From positions 40,362,001 to 40,426,000 of the forward strand of contig NC_088853.1 of assembly GCF_963853765.1 (NCBI RefSeq): DNA of 64,000 nt. The letters are read 5' to 3'. Position 1 is the first letter of the stretch; each line of letters starts with the position of its first letter. The translations under genes were made by a program, and so were the position numbers. The notes below the pieces were generated by a model, which saw only the letters and a program-made list of their open reading frames with translations, was not told where the DNA came from and ran no database searches. Below are positions 1 to 10,900 of the stretch, piece after piece. This DNA is from Magallana gigas. Its lineage: Eukaryota.

Positions 1-660
1 GGCTGACGAAAAATAATCCCAGAGTTATTCCATTTACATCGGGTTATTTGCCGATGGCAGGGACTGAATTTTTTATGAGATAAAACTCAACACGTTAGAA
101 GTCTGAGAGTCTGATACATTCTTAGTTTTTAGAAAAAAAAATCAAGATCACTAGAGGACGGTGTGGGGGAGGGGGTGGTAGTGAAAAGGCCCTGACTTGA
201 TTTCAAATTTGAAGGTGTGTGTGTTTCTTGCTACCAATGTTTTATTTATACAATGTAATTTTATTTGATAAACTGTTTACGGGAATATTTCAAAAACTTT
301 GTTTTGATTTTACATGCAAATAAAGTTTTAAATATTTGGTAAAATTTTATATTTCATGCACTACAATATTTAATATTGTAGTGCTACCTCCAATCAAACT
401 GTTTTATCCTTAACACTTATGATGTCTGTATATGAGATCATAACTTAAGTTATTTTTCATCTTTATGACAGAATCGTTTGTTAATTAGATGGTCATTTTA
501 TTTTTGGAAAGATTGTAAGCGCATATATATTTTCCTTTTGTGTGGTGTGAAATGGCTCGTTATCAAACACTGGTTGTAGGGTCATTCGAGTAGTCAGAAG
601 GATCAATTCCATTCAATTCTTTATGTCTTTAAGCATTACAGCTTATCAGAGCAATACATG

Positions 661-666
<6 letters not shown>

Positions 667-725
<59 letters not shown>
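667..725. repeat. (TA)n microsatellite
   Basis: Pure TA run; explains the IYIYIY ORF at 623-853. Confidence 0.97.
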
Positions 726-729
<4 letters not shown>

Positions 730-1429
730 AAATAAAATAAAGGACATACAGATTTTGTCAATGCATAAACATGATGACCTTTGCTCATCTCATTCCTCTC
801 ATTCACTTACACGCACACGTACACCCTCTCATGCATTAAAAATAAATGGTTAAGGTAAGGTTGTATATTAGAAAATAAAGGAAGACACATTAAAGAACAT
901 GTAGAACTGAGGGGGGGGGGGTGTTATTAGTATACTCACAAAACAGACATCTTTGAATTGCATAACTTTTTTGTGGAGCTGTGTTAAAAATGCTTCCTTT
1001 TTTTTTACTAATAAAGAGACGTTAAATGTTAATCAATTTCTGGTATATTTAACTTGTTGTAAGAGCTACAAATTCACAGAAGAAAACAAATTGGCTTGTT
1101 GTAATGCATTGCTCTTCTACATGTAAGCTTTCAACAAGTTAAATCATACGGCAATCAGTTGCTTAAAATAGAAATATCCCTTTCAAAGTTTATATAAATT
1201 ATTACGATTGAATCAGAATCCATTCGTTTATACATACAGTTGCAACTCCATACACCTAGGAAAAGTTCCTTTTTTCCCCCAAATAATTTGCGTATGAAAT
1301 ACATTTATAAAAAACACGTGAAAAAGAGTTCATGGGAAATATAAAGAACATGTATGCACGTACATAAGTTTATACGTAAATCCGGCAATAACATCCGAGT
1401 ATAAATCTGCAGGCAAAACTCATCAATGG

Positions 1430-1717
1430 CACTTAGCGGGATTCAAACCAGGGATGCACTCGGTCTGTTCAAAAGTCAAAACATGACCCACTCGGCCATT
1501 GAGAGAGATAACTGACGTTGCAAATTTTCGATATTGTTTCCTTTTGATAAAAATATTAACGAACTATAGCTTATGAAATACACGGAAAACCTGTAACACT
1601 TAATTTGTATCTTTAAAAAAAATATTTTTTTCTTTTCCAAATAGGCCCAAATAGGCCCCGTGGCACTGAACGTAGATATTCAAATAGGCCCAAATAGGCC
1701 CTGTGGCACATAAGTGG
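1430..1717 (+). mobile_element. Right end of a piggyBac-like element (left end not found in the window), carrying a minus-strand tRNA-like segment
   Basis: Ends GGCCCTGTGGCACATAAGTGG followed by TTAA (1718-1721). An internal copy of the GTGGCAC motif lies 43 bp upstream. 1430-1500 reads on the minus strand as TGGCCGAGTGG...GGTTTGAATCC (A/B-box-like). Confidence 0.6.
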
Positions 1718-1867
1718 TTAAAAAAAAGAAATTAACAACACGATATATAAAACGTAAGCGCTTTCATTACATATACATATATATATATCCAAAATGTGCA
1801 GTCCTTGGTATAGGTAAATATAATTTAAATGAAAGTCGATGAAAACACGTTTTCAATCACTCTTTAA

Positions 1868-2722
1868 CCACTTCTGTGCCACAGGGCCGATTTTGGGCCG
1901 ATCACACAGTTGTCCAGAGTGCCACGGGGCCGATTTTAGGCCGATTTTAACTTTACACTTTTTCCATATGATTTATTAAATATACGTCAATAAATATAAA
2001 AGCATCGTATGTTATTATGAACAATAAAGTATCCAATTGTAATTTATTGACATATTAATTTATTATTTTGATTTTTAAAAGAGATTTATTGCGCTAGAAT
2101 TAACGGATTTCTTGATACATAGTTACACAAACTAAGATCTTTTTATCTGCCATCAAAATTTGCATAATTATTATATCAATTGTTGAAATAAAACTTAATG
2201 TGGTTTTTTTTATTGCTAAACATTACACTAAAACAGCATATGTTCATGTGCATTAATTTTATTAATTCATCGTAATTAACATATTGTTGCATAATTTTGT
2301 TCCGATTGTTTGTTTCTCAATAACTTCAAAAATTCAAGCAACAGATAATATTATTGCCCTAAATTATTTTTAAAATGTTTACGCAATGCATGCATGTATA
2401 TTATTTTCGAAACATATAATTCTTAAAAATAATATCAACATTGAAAAGAATGACATAAATGACTTCCATAACGCGGTATTTTGTTATAACGTCATTTTAC
2501 GTAAATGACGTCATAATAACACGTGCGTTCTGCCTTGCGCCGTACAAGATGGCTGGAGTGTGGTTCCGTGTATTGCCGCCTGAACCGGTGCAAAATAAGC
2601 CATTCACTGGGAACCCAGGGCCAAAGAACATGCCGGCGAGAAATGCATCTCCGTTGGAATATTTTCTTTTATTCTTCAACCTAAACCTAATACGAGAAGC
2701 TGTGCGTCAAACTGATAGGTAT
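1868..2722 (+). mobile_element. Left end and 5' part of a piggyBac transposon, truncated
   Basis: TTAA (1864-1867) then CCACTTCTGTGCCACAGGGCC, the inverted match of 1697-1717 with 1 mismatch. An internal TGCCAC repeat lies 43 bp inward, and a transposase 5' fragment follows. Confidence 0.7.
2548..2722 (+). pseudogene. N-terminal fragment of a piggyBac (DDE_Tnp_1_7/PGBD) transposase
   Basis: MAGVW...FTGNPGPKN...SPLEYFLLFFNLNLIREAVRQTDRY matches the conserved PGBD start (GP...SPxxxFxLFF...IVxxTNxYA). Homology stops where the tandem-array flank begins. Confidence 0.75.
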
Positions 2723-2759
2723 CGTATCCCATAATTTTTATAAATGATTTGGTATTGCA

Positions 2760-5700
2760 TGATGTAAGACTGTACAGGTCATATACTTCGTGTACAAAAT
2801 TGTATAGGGCGTATACTTTGTGTGCATAATTTCGTGTATACATTGGACCATATATAACCGATGATACATTGTGTATACTTAGTGTAAACGGTCTATACGC
2901 TTTGTACATTGGGTATACGTCGTGCAAACGGCCTGTACAGGGCGTATACTTTGTGTGCACCATTTTGTGTATACATTGGACCATATATAACCGATGATAC
3001 ATTGTGTATACTTGATGTACAAGGCCTGTACGCTTGGTACGTTGGGCATACGCCCTGTATAGGACGTATACTTCGTGCAAAACATTTGGTGTATACATTG
3101 GACCATATATAACCGATGATACATTGTGTATATTTGGTGTAAACGGTCTATTCGCTTTGTACATTGTGTATACTTGGTGTAAATGGTCTATACGCTTTGT
3201 ACATTGTGTACACTTGGTGTAAACGGTCTATACGCTTTGTACATTGGGTATACGTGGTGTAATCGGCCTGTACAGGGCGTATACTTTGTGTGCACAATTT
3301 CGTGTATACATTGGACCATATATAACAGATGATACATTGTGTCATTGTGTATACTTGGTGTACACGACCTATACGCTTGGTATTAGGCATACGCCCTGTA
3401 CAGGACGTATACTTCGTGCACAAAATTTGGTGTATACATTGGACCATATATAACCGATGATACATTGTGTATACTTGGTGTAAATGGTCTATACGCTTTG
3501 TACATTGGGTATACGTGGTGTAAACGGCCTGTACAGGTCATATACTTCGTGTACAAAATTGTATAGGGCGTATACTTTGTGTGCACAATTTGGTGTATAC
3601 ATTGGACCATATATAACCGATGGTACATTGTGTATACTTGGTGTAAACGGTCTACACGCTTTGTACATCGTGTATACTTGTTGTAAATGGTCTATACGCT
3701 TTGTACATTGGGTATACGTGGTGTAAACTGCCTGTACAGGGCGTATACTTTGTGTGCACCATTTGGTGTATACATTGGACCATATATAACCGATGATACA
3801 TTGTGTATACTTAGTGTAAACGGTCTATACGCTTTGTACATTGGGTATACGTCGTGCAAACGGCCTGTACAGGGCGTATACTTTGTGTGCACCATTTTGC
3901 GTATACATTGGACCATATATAACCGATGATACATTGTGTATACTTGGTGTAAACGGTCTATACGCTTTGTACATTGGGTACACGTGGTGTAAACGGCCTG
4001 TACAGGTCATATACTTCGTGTACAAAATTGAATAGGGCGTATACTTTGTGTGCACAATTTGGTGTATACATTGGACCATATATAACCGATGATACATTGT
4101 GAATACTTAGTGTAAACGGTCTATACGCTTTGTACATTGGGTATACGTCGTGCAAACGGCCTGTACAGGGCGTGTACTTTGTGTGCACAATTTGGTGTAT
4201 ACATTGGACCATATATAACCGATGATACATTGTGTATACTTGATGTACACGGCCTGTACGCTTGGTACGTTGGGCATACGCCCTGTATAGGACGTATACT
4301 TCGTGGCCAAAATTTGGTGTATACATTGGACCATATATAACCGATGATACATTGTGTATACTTGGTGTAAACTGTCTATACGCTTTGTGCATTGTGTATA
4401 CTTGGTGTAAACGGTCTATACGCTTTGTACATTGTGTATACTTGGTGTAAATGGTCTATACGCTTTGTACATTGGGTATACGTGGTGTAAACTGCCTGTA
4501 CAGGGCGTATACTTTGTGTGCACAATTTGGTGTATACATTGGACCATATATAACCGATGATACATTGTGTATACTTGGTGTAAACGGTCTATACGCTTTG
4601 TACATTGTGTATACTTGGTGTAAATGGTCTATACGCTTTGTACATTGGGTATATGTGGTGTAAACTGCCAGTACAGGGCGTATACTTTGTGTGCACAATT
4701 TGGTGTATACATTGGACCATATATAACCGATGATACATTGTGTATACTTAGTGTAAACGGTCTATACGCTTTGTACATTAGGTATACGTCGTGCAAACGG
4801 CCTGTACAGGGCGTATACTTTGTGTACAAAATTGTATAGGGCGTATACTTTGTGTGCACAATTTCGTGTATACATTGGACCATATATAACCGATGATACA
4901 TTGTGAATACTTAGTGTAAACGGTCTATACGCTTTGTACATTGGGTATACGTCGTGCAAACGGCCTGTACAGGGCGTATACTTTGTGTGCACAATTTGGT
5001 GTATACATTGGACCATATATAACTGATGATACATTGTGTATACTTGATGTACACGGCCTGTACGCTTGGTACGTTGGGCATACGCCCTGTATAGGACGTA
5101 TACTTCGTGCACAAAATTTGGTGTATACATTGGACCATATATAACCGATGATACATTGTGTATACTTGGTGTAAACTGTCTTTACGCTTTGTGCATTGTG
5201 TATACTTGGTGTAAACGGTCTATACGCTTTGTACATTGTGTATACTTGGTGTAAATGGTCTATACGCTTTGTACATTGGGTATACGTGGTGTAAACTGCC
5301 TGTACAGGGCGTATACTTTGTGTGCACCATTTGGTGTATACATTGGACCATATATAACCGATGATACATTGTGTATACTTAGTGTAAACGGTCTATACGC
5401 TTTGTACATTGGGTATGCGTCGTGCAAACGGCCTGTACAGGGCGTATACTTTGTGTACAAAATTGTATAGGGCGTATACTTTGTGTGCACAATTTCGTGT
5501 ATACATTGGACCATATATAACCGATGATACATTGTGAATACTTAGTGTAAACGGTCTATACGCTTTGTACATTGGGTATACGTCGTGCAAACGGCCTGTA
5601 CAGGGCGTATACTTTGTGTGCACAATTTGGTGTATACATTGGACCATATATAACTGATGATACATTGTGTATACTTGATGTACACGGCCTGTACGCTTGG

Positions 5701-6199
5701 TACGTTGGGCATACGCCCTGTATAGGACGTATACTTCGTGCACAAAATTTGGTGTATACATTGGACCATATATAACCGATGATACATTGTGTATACTTGG
5801 TGTAAACTGTCTATACGCTTTGTGCATTGTGTATACTTGGTGTAAACGGTCTATACGCTTTGTACATTATGTATACTTGGTGTAAATGGTCTATACGCTT
5901 TGTACATTGGGTATACGTGGTGTAAACTGCCTGTACAGGGCGTATACTTTGTGTGCACCATTTGGTGTATACATTGGACCATATATAACCGATGATACAT
6001 TGTGTATACTTAGTGTAAACGGTCTATACGCTTTGTACATTGGGTATGCGTCGTGCAAACGGCCTGTACAGGGCGTATACTTTGTGTGCACCATTTCGTG
6101 TATACATTGGACCATATATAACCGATGATACATTGTGTATACTTGATGCACAAGGCCTGTACGCTTGGTACGTTGGGCATACGCCCTGTATAGGACGTA
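2760..6199. repeat. Modular tandem array (10/30/40-bp modules, 122-213-bp units, 631-bp higher-order repeat)
   Basis: The anchor CATTGGACC occurs 22 times from 2841 to 6105. Spacings: 133,122,213,128,163,173,133,163,133,122,213,173,163,133,122,213,163,133,122,213,133. All short ORFs here are repeat artefacts. Confidence 0.97.
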
Positions 6200-6291
6200 T
6201 TTATCGTGCTATTCCAGACCTTTAAGTCCATGTGCTGCCAAATGTAAGGCCATGCGAATTTGAGCATTTTCCTTGCAAAGAGTCTATGGTG

Positions 6292-6299
6292 TGACGTCA
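6292..6299. promoter_or_regulatory. CRE-like palindrome TGACGTCA in the CpG-richer spacer upstream of the MULE ORF
   Basis: Exact TGACGTCA about 210 bp upstream of ATG 6510. Another copy at 2506-2513 precedes the piggyBac ORF. Function is inferred only. Confidence 0.25.
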
Positions 6300-6509
6300 T
6301 CACATTTTTAGTTGACATTTCTATATTGCTGCTGAAGTGGTCGGATCGTCTTGTGTTCAGTCGGCACTTATTCTCTAGAGAAGCCACACCGTTTAGTAAA
6401 TTCAATTAATCTTTCCATTATTAAACGCTCGTATTTCTATCGTAATATATTTACAGTGTATTCTATAATTGAAAGTTGCATGGTGTAGATTCAAATAGAT
6501 GTCATCAAA

Positions 6510-7964
6510 ATGAAAAGGCTATGCGGACCGAGAAAAAAACACAAATTAGATTATTGTGTTATTGGCCAATATTTAAGACAATTTTGTACAACCACAAATG
6601 ACAATGACCTTACTGACACCGGTCCTTACGGACAAACAGCAACCTCTTTGTTTTGGTCAAATTCGATCAAAAATAGGAAACATGTACAGGTTGTCTGGAA
6701 GGAGAATAGGGGTAATGTACAAAATGAAGGTGAGTTGGTGTCTACAAATCCAGTTAAAAATGATAATAAAGATGAAGACAGCAATGACAGGAATGTTAAT
6801 ACTGGGTTTGCCAAAGAAAATGAAAGTCAGAAGAAGTATTCAATCGGCAGAAAACGAAATAGACTCTCCTTTAATCGGAATAAAGAAACTATCAGCATCT
6901 CCTCGGATGAAAGTGATGACCATATCACGAGATCAACTCGAAAATTAAGGAAACAGAAAACTCCTTTCACCCCATCAATCAAACCAAAATCACCTACTGT
7001 ATACTGTATTTGCTCAAAACATTACACAGAAGTAGACAGCGGTAGGATGATTGAATGCCAGGGTTGTAGGAACTGGTATCATTGCTCATGTCTTTCACTA
7101 CCGGTATTAGAGTCAGAAATTTCCGGTAAGCATATATTCTTCAAATGTGGCCGAAAGACATGTAACAATGGTCAGTTTGACTACAAAGTAAAGGGAATAG
7201 CTATAATGCCAGACACGCTTGTTCTGCAAAACATGAACAGAACGGAACTCTTGATCGCTAATGTAGAAAAAAGATCAAAACGTATTCAGAGAGAAATTAA
7301 AGAGTTTTCAGATTCCAATGAATCTTTCCAATATCGAAAACTATCAGAACAACTAACAAGGTGTCTTTTAGAGCTAGATAGTATTGATACACACCAGCAA
7401 CACCAAATGAGGTCTTTACGAAAAGCTACCATTGACAATATTCACTTGATTATAAAAGAACTAGACGCGTCAGTAGTTAGTAGCCAACATTCCAAACGCA
7501 GGGATACAATTCCCAAGCAAGAGGAGTCTGATGAAAACAATATTTCAAATTTTACTGCTAGAATTAATGAAACATCCCCATTTCGCTTACCAGACCCTAT
7601 AGAAGAAACTGTTGCTGACATGAACGTTGAAAATGTATCGCTGGAATCTGCAACTCCGCTTAATTCCTTTGAAGAGAAACAAACAGATGTCGAGGAATGT
7701 CAGTTAAACCATGCAGAAATAGAACAGATCCTTAATGTCCAATTGCCATCCTTCTTTACCATGACATTGCCTACAAGTAGTTCTTTTATATTATCAGATG
7801 AAGATATGGTGCATCTGAATAATTCTCAAAATGGCCGTTGCTACAAAAAAGGTCACTGGCAACACATATTTGCAAAAGGAATAGCAACGTCAAACAAGCA
7901 TTGCGTTTTTATGTTTGATAAACATCAAATCAGCACAGCTAAAAAAAAGGAGAAAGAGGCGTAA
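6510..7964 (+). CDS. 5' part of the NOF-like MULE polyprotein: N-terminal region, PHD finger, BAG domain, start of the transposase N-terminal Zn-binding region
   Basis: PHD: YCIC...MIECQGCRNWYHCSC...C-x4-C (~7002-7163). BAG-like: YRKLSEQLTRCLLELDSIDT...MRSLRKATIDNIHLIIKELD (~7245-7470). The C-terminal HWQHIF...HCVFMFDKHQI continues into the next ORF if one A is removed from the A8 run at 7941-7948. Confidence 0.8.
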   Translation: MKRLCGPRKKHKLDYCVIGQYLRQFCTTTNDNDLTDTGPYGQTATSLFWSNSIKNRKHVQVVWKENRGNVQNEGELVSTNPVKNDNKDEDSNDRNVNTGFAKENESQKKYSIGRKRNRLSFNRNKETISISSDESDDHITRSTRKLRKQKTPFTPSIKPKSPTVYCICSKHYTEVDSGRMIECQGCRNWYHCSCLSLPVLESEISGKHIFFKCGRKTCNNGQFDYKVKGIAIMPDTLVLQNMNRTELLIANVEKRSKRIQREIKEFSDSNESFQYRKLSEQLTRCLLELDSIDTHQQHQMRSLRKATIDNIHLIIKELDASVVSSQHSKRRDTIPKQEESDENNISNFTARINETSPFRLPDPIEETVADMNVENVSLESATPLNSFEEKQTDVEECQLNHAEIEQILNVQLPSFFTMTLPTSSSFILSDEDMVHLNNSQNGRCYKKGHWQHIFAKGIATSNKHCVFMFDKHQISTAKKKEKEA

Positions 7965-10900
7965 TGTGCCAATGTTCAAATGCAAAGGACACTGCAAGTT
8001 CAAGGATTGTTCAGTCAAGGTCTATGTTGAAATGTTGGTTCCTAAAATGGTAAGTGTTTTTTATTCTGGTAACATGGAACACAAGATTACCGATCAACAT
8101 GCCAGACCAATAAGAGCCACTCAAAGAGAAATACTGAAGGAATCTTTCAAAAATGGCGGTAAACCCTTGAAACATTTCTTAGAGGCATTTGAAAAAAAAG
8201 ACACGGACCAAATTATATCCGGAAACTGCGATAATGTAGGTAAAGACGCACACGTCTTCCGACAAATATCTTCAGAAAGCAGGCAGATTGGTCGAATGGA
8301 CAAAGATTTAATTCAGTCATTGCTTACAATTATGAGAACGAGCAAGGAAAATGGATTTGGGTTTATTCAGCAACTTTCAGTAAAACCTTTCACTGTACAG
8401 TATTGGTCTGAAGAAGGTCTACGGCTATACCATAGCTTAGCAGAAAAAAATATTGTTTTCTGGGATGCCACAGGCAGCGTTGTCCGTAAAAGCGATGATG
8501 GTAAAAGGTTTCTGTACTACGAGCTTGCCCTGAGGCATCCAGTCAAAGGAAAGATGGGCATTCCTGTCTCTTCTATGGTGACAGATGACCAAAGTTTGCC
8601 ATCTATCTTGAACTGGATTGCACGTTTTAGACACGACGAGAAGAAACTCTTTGGGCATGGAAATGTTTCCCAGCCGAAAATGATTATAAGTGATGAATCG
8701 TGGGTTTTTATAATTGCTGCATTGAAAGAGTTTAATACAGAGACCCTGGCAGAATTTTTGAATAGGGCATGGAGAATTGCTAACGAACATGAACCAAAAG
8801 AAAGGAAAGACAAAACAATTGTTCATCTTTGTACGGGCCACTTTATGAATAAAGTAAAACGGTTCTGTTTGCAGAATTATAAACGCAATATAAAGTTTGG
8901 GATGTACCTTGTAAGTTTATTGCTAAATTGCAAAACCTTAAAGGCAGCAACAGAAATTTTACATGATATTTCTGTTGCGTTGCTATCAAAAAATATTACA
9001 AGTGCTAACAGACAATTTATTGATCGTTTGATGCAAAAAATCAACAAATTTGACACAAAGGAAAGTTCTTGTTCAGAATTGCCAGATGACTCTGAGAAAC
9101 ATTGCGAACAACAGAAGCCAGGTTTTTACACCGAGGAGGCTTTTATTAGTTTAGCTGGGACGTCGCCATTCAAACAATGGGCATGTGGTATAGTGGAAAG
9201 AACGCGAAACAGTTTACACATCTCTGATGAAAAGTCTATTAGAAATCCTTACTATTCTGAGGTCTTCTTGCAGCAAATACTCGACAGATACATCCCTATA
9301 TTACCACTATGGGGGTCTCTGATCTTACCAAGCGATTCTTCAAATGCAAAACATCATTCTATATACAACACTGGTGACATATGCAAGACCCAAAGTACAA
9401 TAGAAAACAGGTTTCGTATTTTGAAACAGATATCACTTGGAGATAATAAAAACAGACGTTTAGATGATTTCTCTGAGGAACTCAGAAAACATACTGTTTC
9501 AATTCAACGTCTGGTTGTAAAAGACACTTTAAAAGCTCCAAGTAATCTCAAAAGAAAAAGGTCTCAAAGTACTTTAAAGGAAGCATGGAGCAAGAAACAG
9601 AAACCTTTGAACATTTCAACAGAGACAGGAGATTTTCAAAAAACCCCTACTAAGGTTATCAATCTCCCAGAGGTAGTTACCCTCACAGAACACAGGGATT
9701 TGTTCAGTGGAACAAAAGTGTGTCCGATTGACAACTTGGGTTCTACCTGTTGGTTCAACTCGGTAATGCAAGCTGTGAGCGGATGCAAGATGTCTGAATC
9801 CTTGCAAAACCACGAAATGATTATTGATGTAGACAAGGATTCGTACAACACACTGAAACGTTCTGTCATTTCTCTTTTAAGAACTATGTCGAAAAACAAG
9901 TGTACAAATACCAAGGCCCCTAGAGAACAGGTAAGGCAAGCTCTGTCTGACATCGCTAAATTCGAAGGAGAACTTGGTGCAAATTTGGGGCAACAGCATG
10001 ACGCAAATGAATTTTATTTAAAAATAGTCTCCCCAATAGCCAAAGACATTGGTGAACAACTTCAAATCCAACAAGCCTTTAATTGCATTGACTGTAAATA
10101 CAGAAACTGTATAACAGAGTGTCTTGTCAATTCTATTGGGCTTACTGTACCAAACGATGCATCCGATGCGTCAATATCCTCCTTGTTGAACTACTATTTT
10201 GAACATGAAATTCGAGAACAATGTCAAAAGTGCTCAGGTTTATTGTATTTGCAGCAAGAATTGACTAAAATCCCTACAACTCTTGTCCTCACCGTGAACA
10301 GGTTTCAGTATAATGCTGCAACCTCAAACATGTCAAAGCTCAAAAAGAGCATTCAAATTGACCGTGAAATAGATCTTTCAAAACATGTCAAAGGTGTTTC
10401 AAATTGCAGGTACGTATTAAAAAGTGTTGTTTGTCACCACGGACGATCTATTAATTCTGGCCACTACACGACAAATCTTATTGCAAACAATTCAATTGTG
10501 AAAGTTAGTGATGCAAACGTGTCTGTTGGTTCCGAAAATGAAATGCAAAGAGACTGTTATGTTCTGTTTTATGACAGGCACGTTAATTTGCCTGATTTTG
10601 TCAAGCCAGCATTAGAATGCATAGGCAACACATTAGCAAATACTGTTTCTGCATCATGCCAAAACCAAAGTACAGTCCAAGAAATGTTTATTCCCGCTCT
10701 TCTAAAACAGGGAGACATAGACACGGCTGTATCATTGATTTCCAAAAATGTTGACGCCTTTACTTCAAACAACTATTTCAATATGTTTGAGGTTGTTTTG
10801 AAAACAATATTTGGTTGTGGTAAAGAGGCTTCTTACAAAGTCAGTGCTCATAGCTTTCTCTTGTCCAAAGTCCGTGTAAGTGTTTGCAATGTATGCAAAA

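Noticed and set aside
623-853. ORF with IYIYIY (also 37002-37250)
   Set aside because: Artefact of (TA)n microsatellites.
2760-6199. CRISPR-like appearance (recurring ~40-bp repeat with variable gaps)
   Set aside because: The intervening sequences are themselves variants of the same modules, not unique spacers; there are no cas genes and the context is eukaryotic.
2676-6405. Dozens of 60-160-aa Y/C/T/V-rich ORFs on both strands
   Set aside because: They are translations of the tandem array and recur with its periodicity.
7941-7949. Classical -1 ribosomal frameshift heptamer A AAA AAG
   Set aside because: Joining the two ORFs needs +1 (or -2), so a -1 shift would not yield the fusion.
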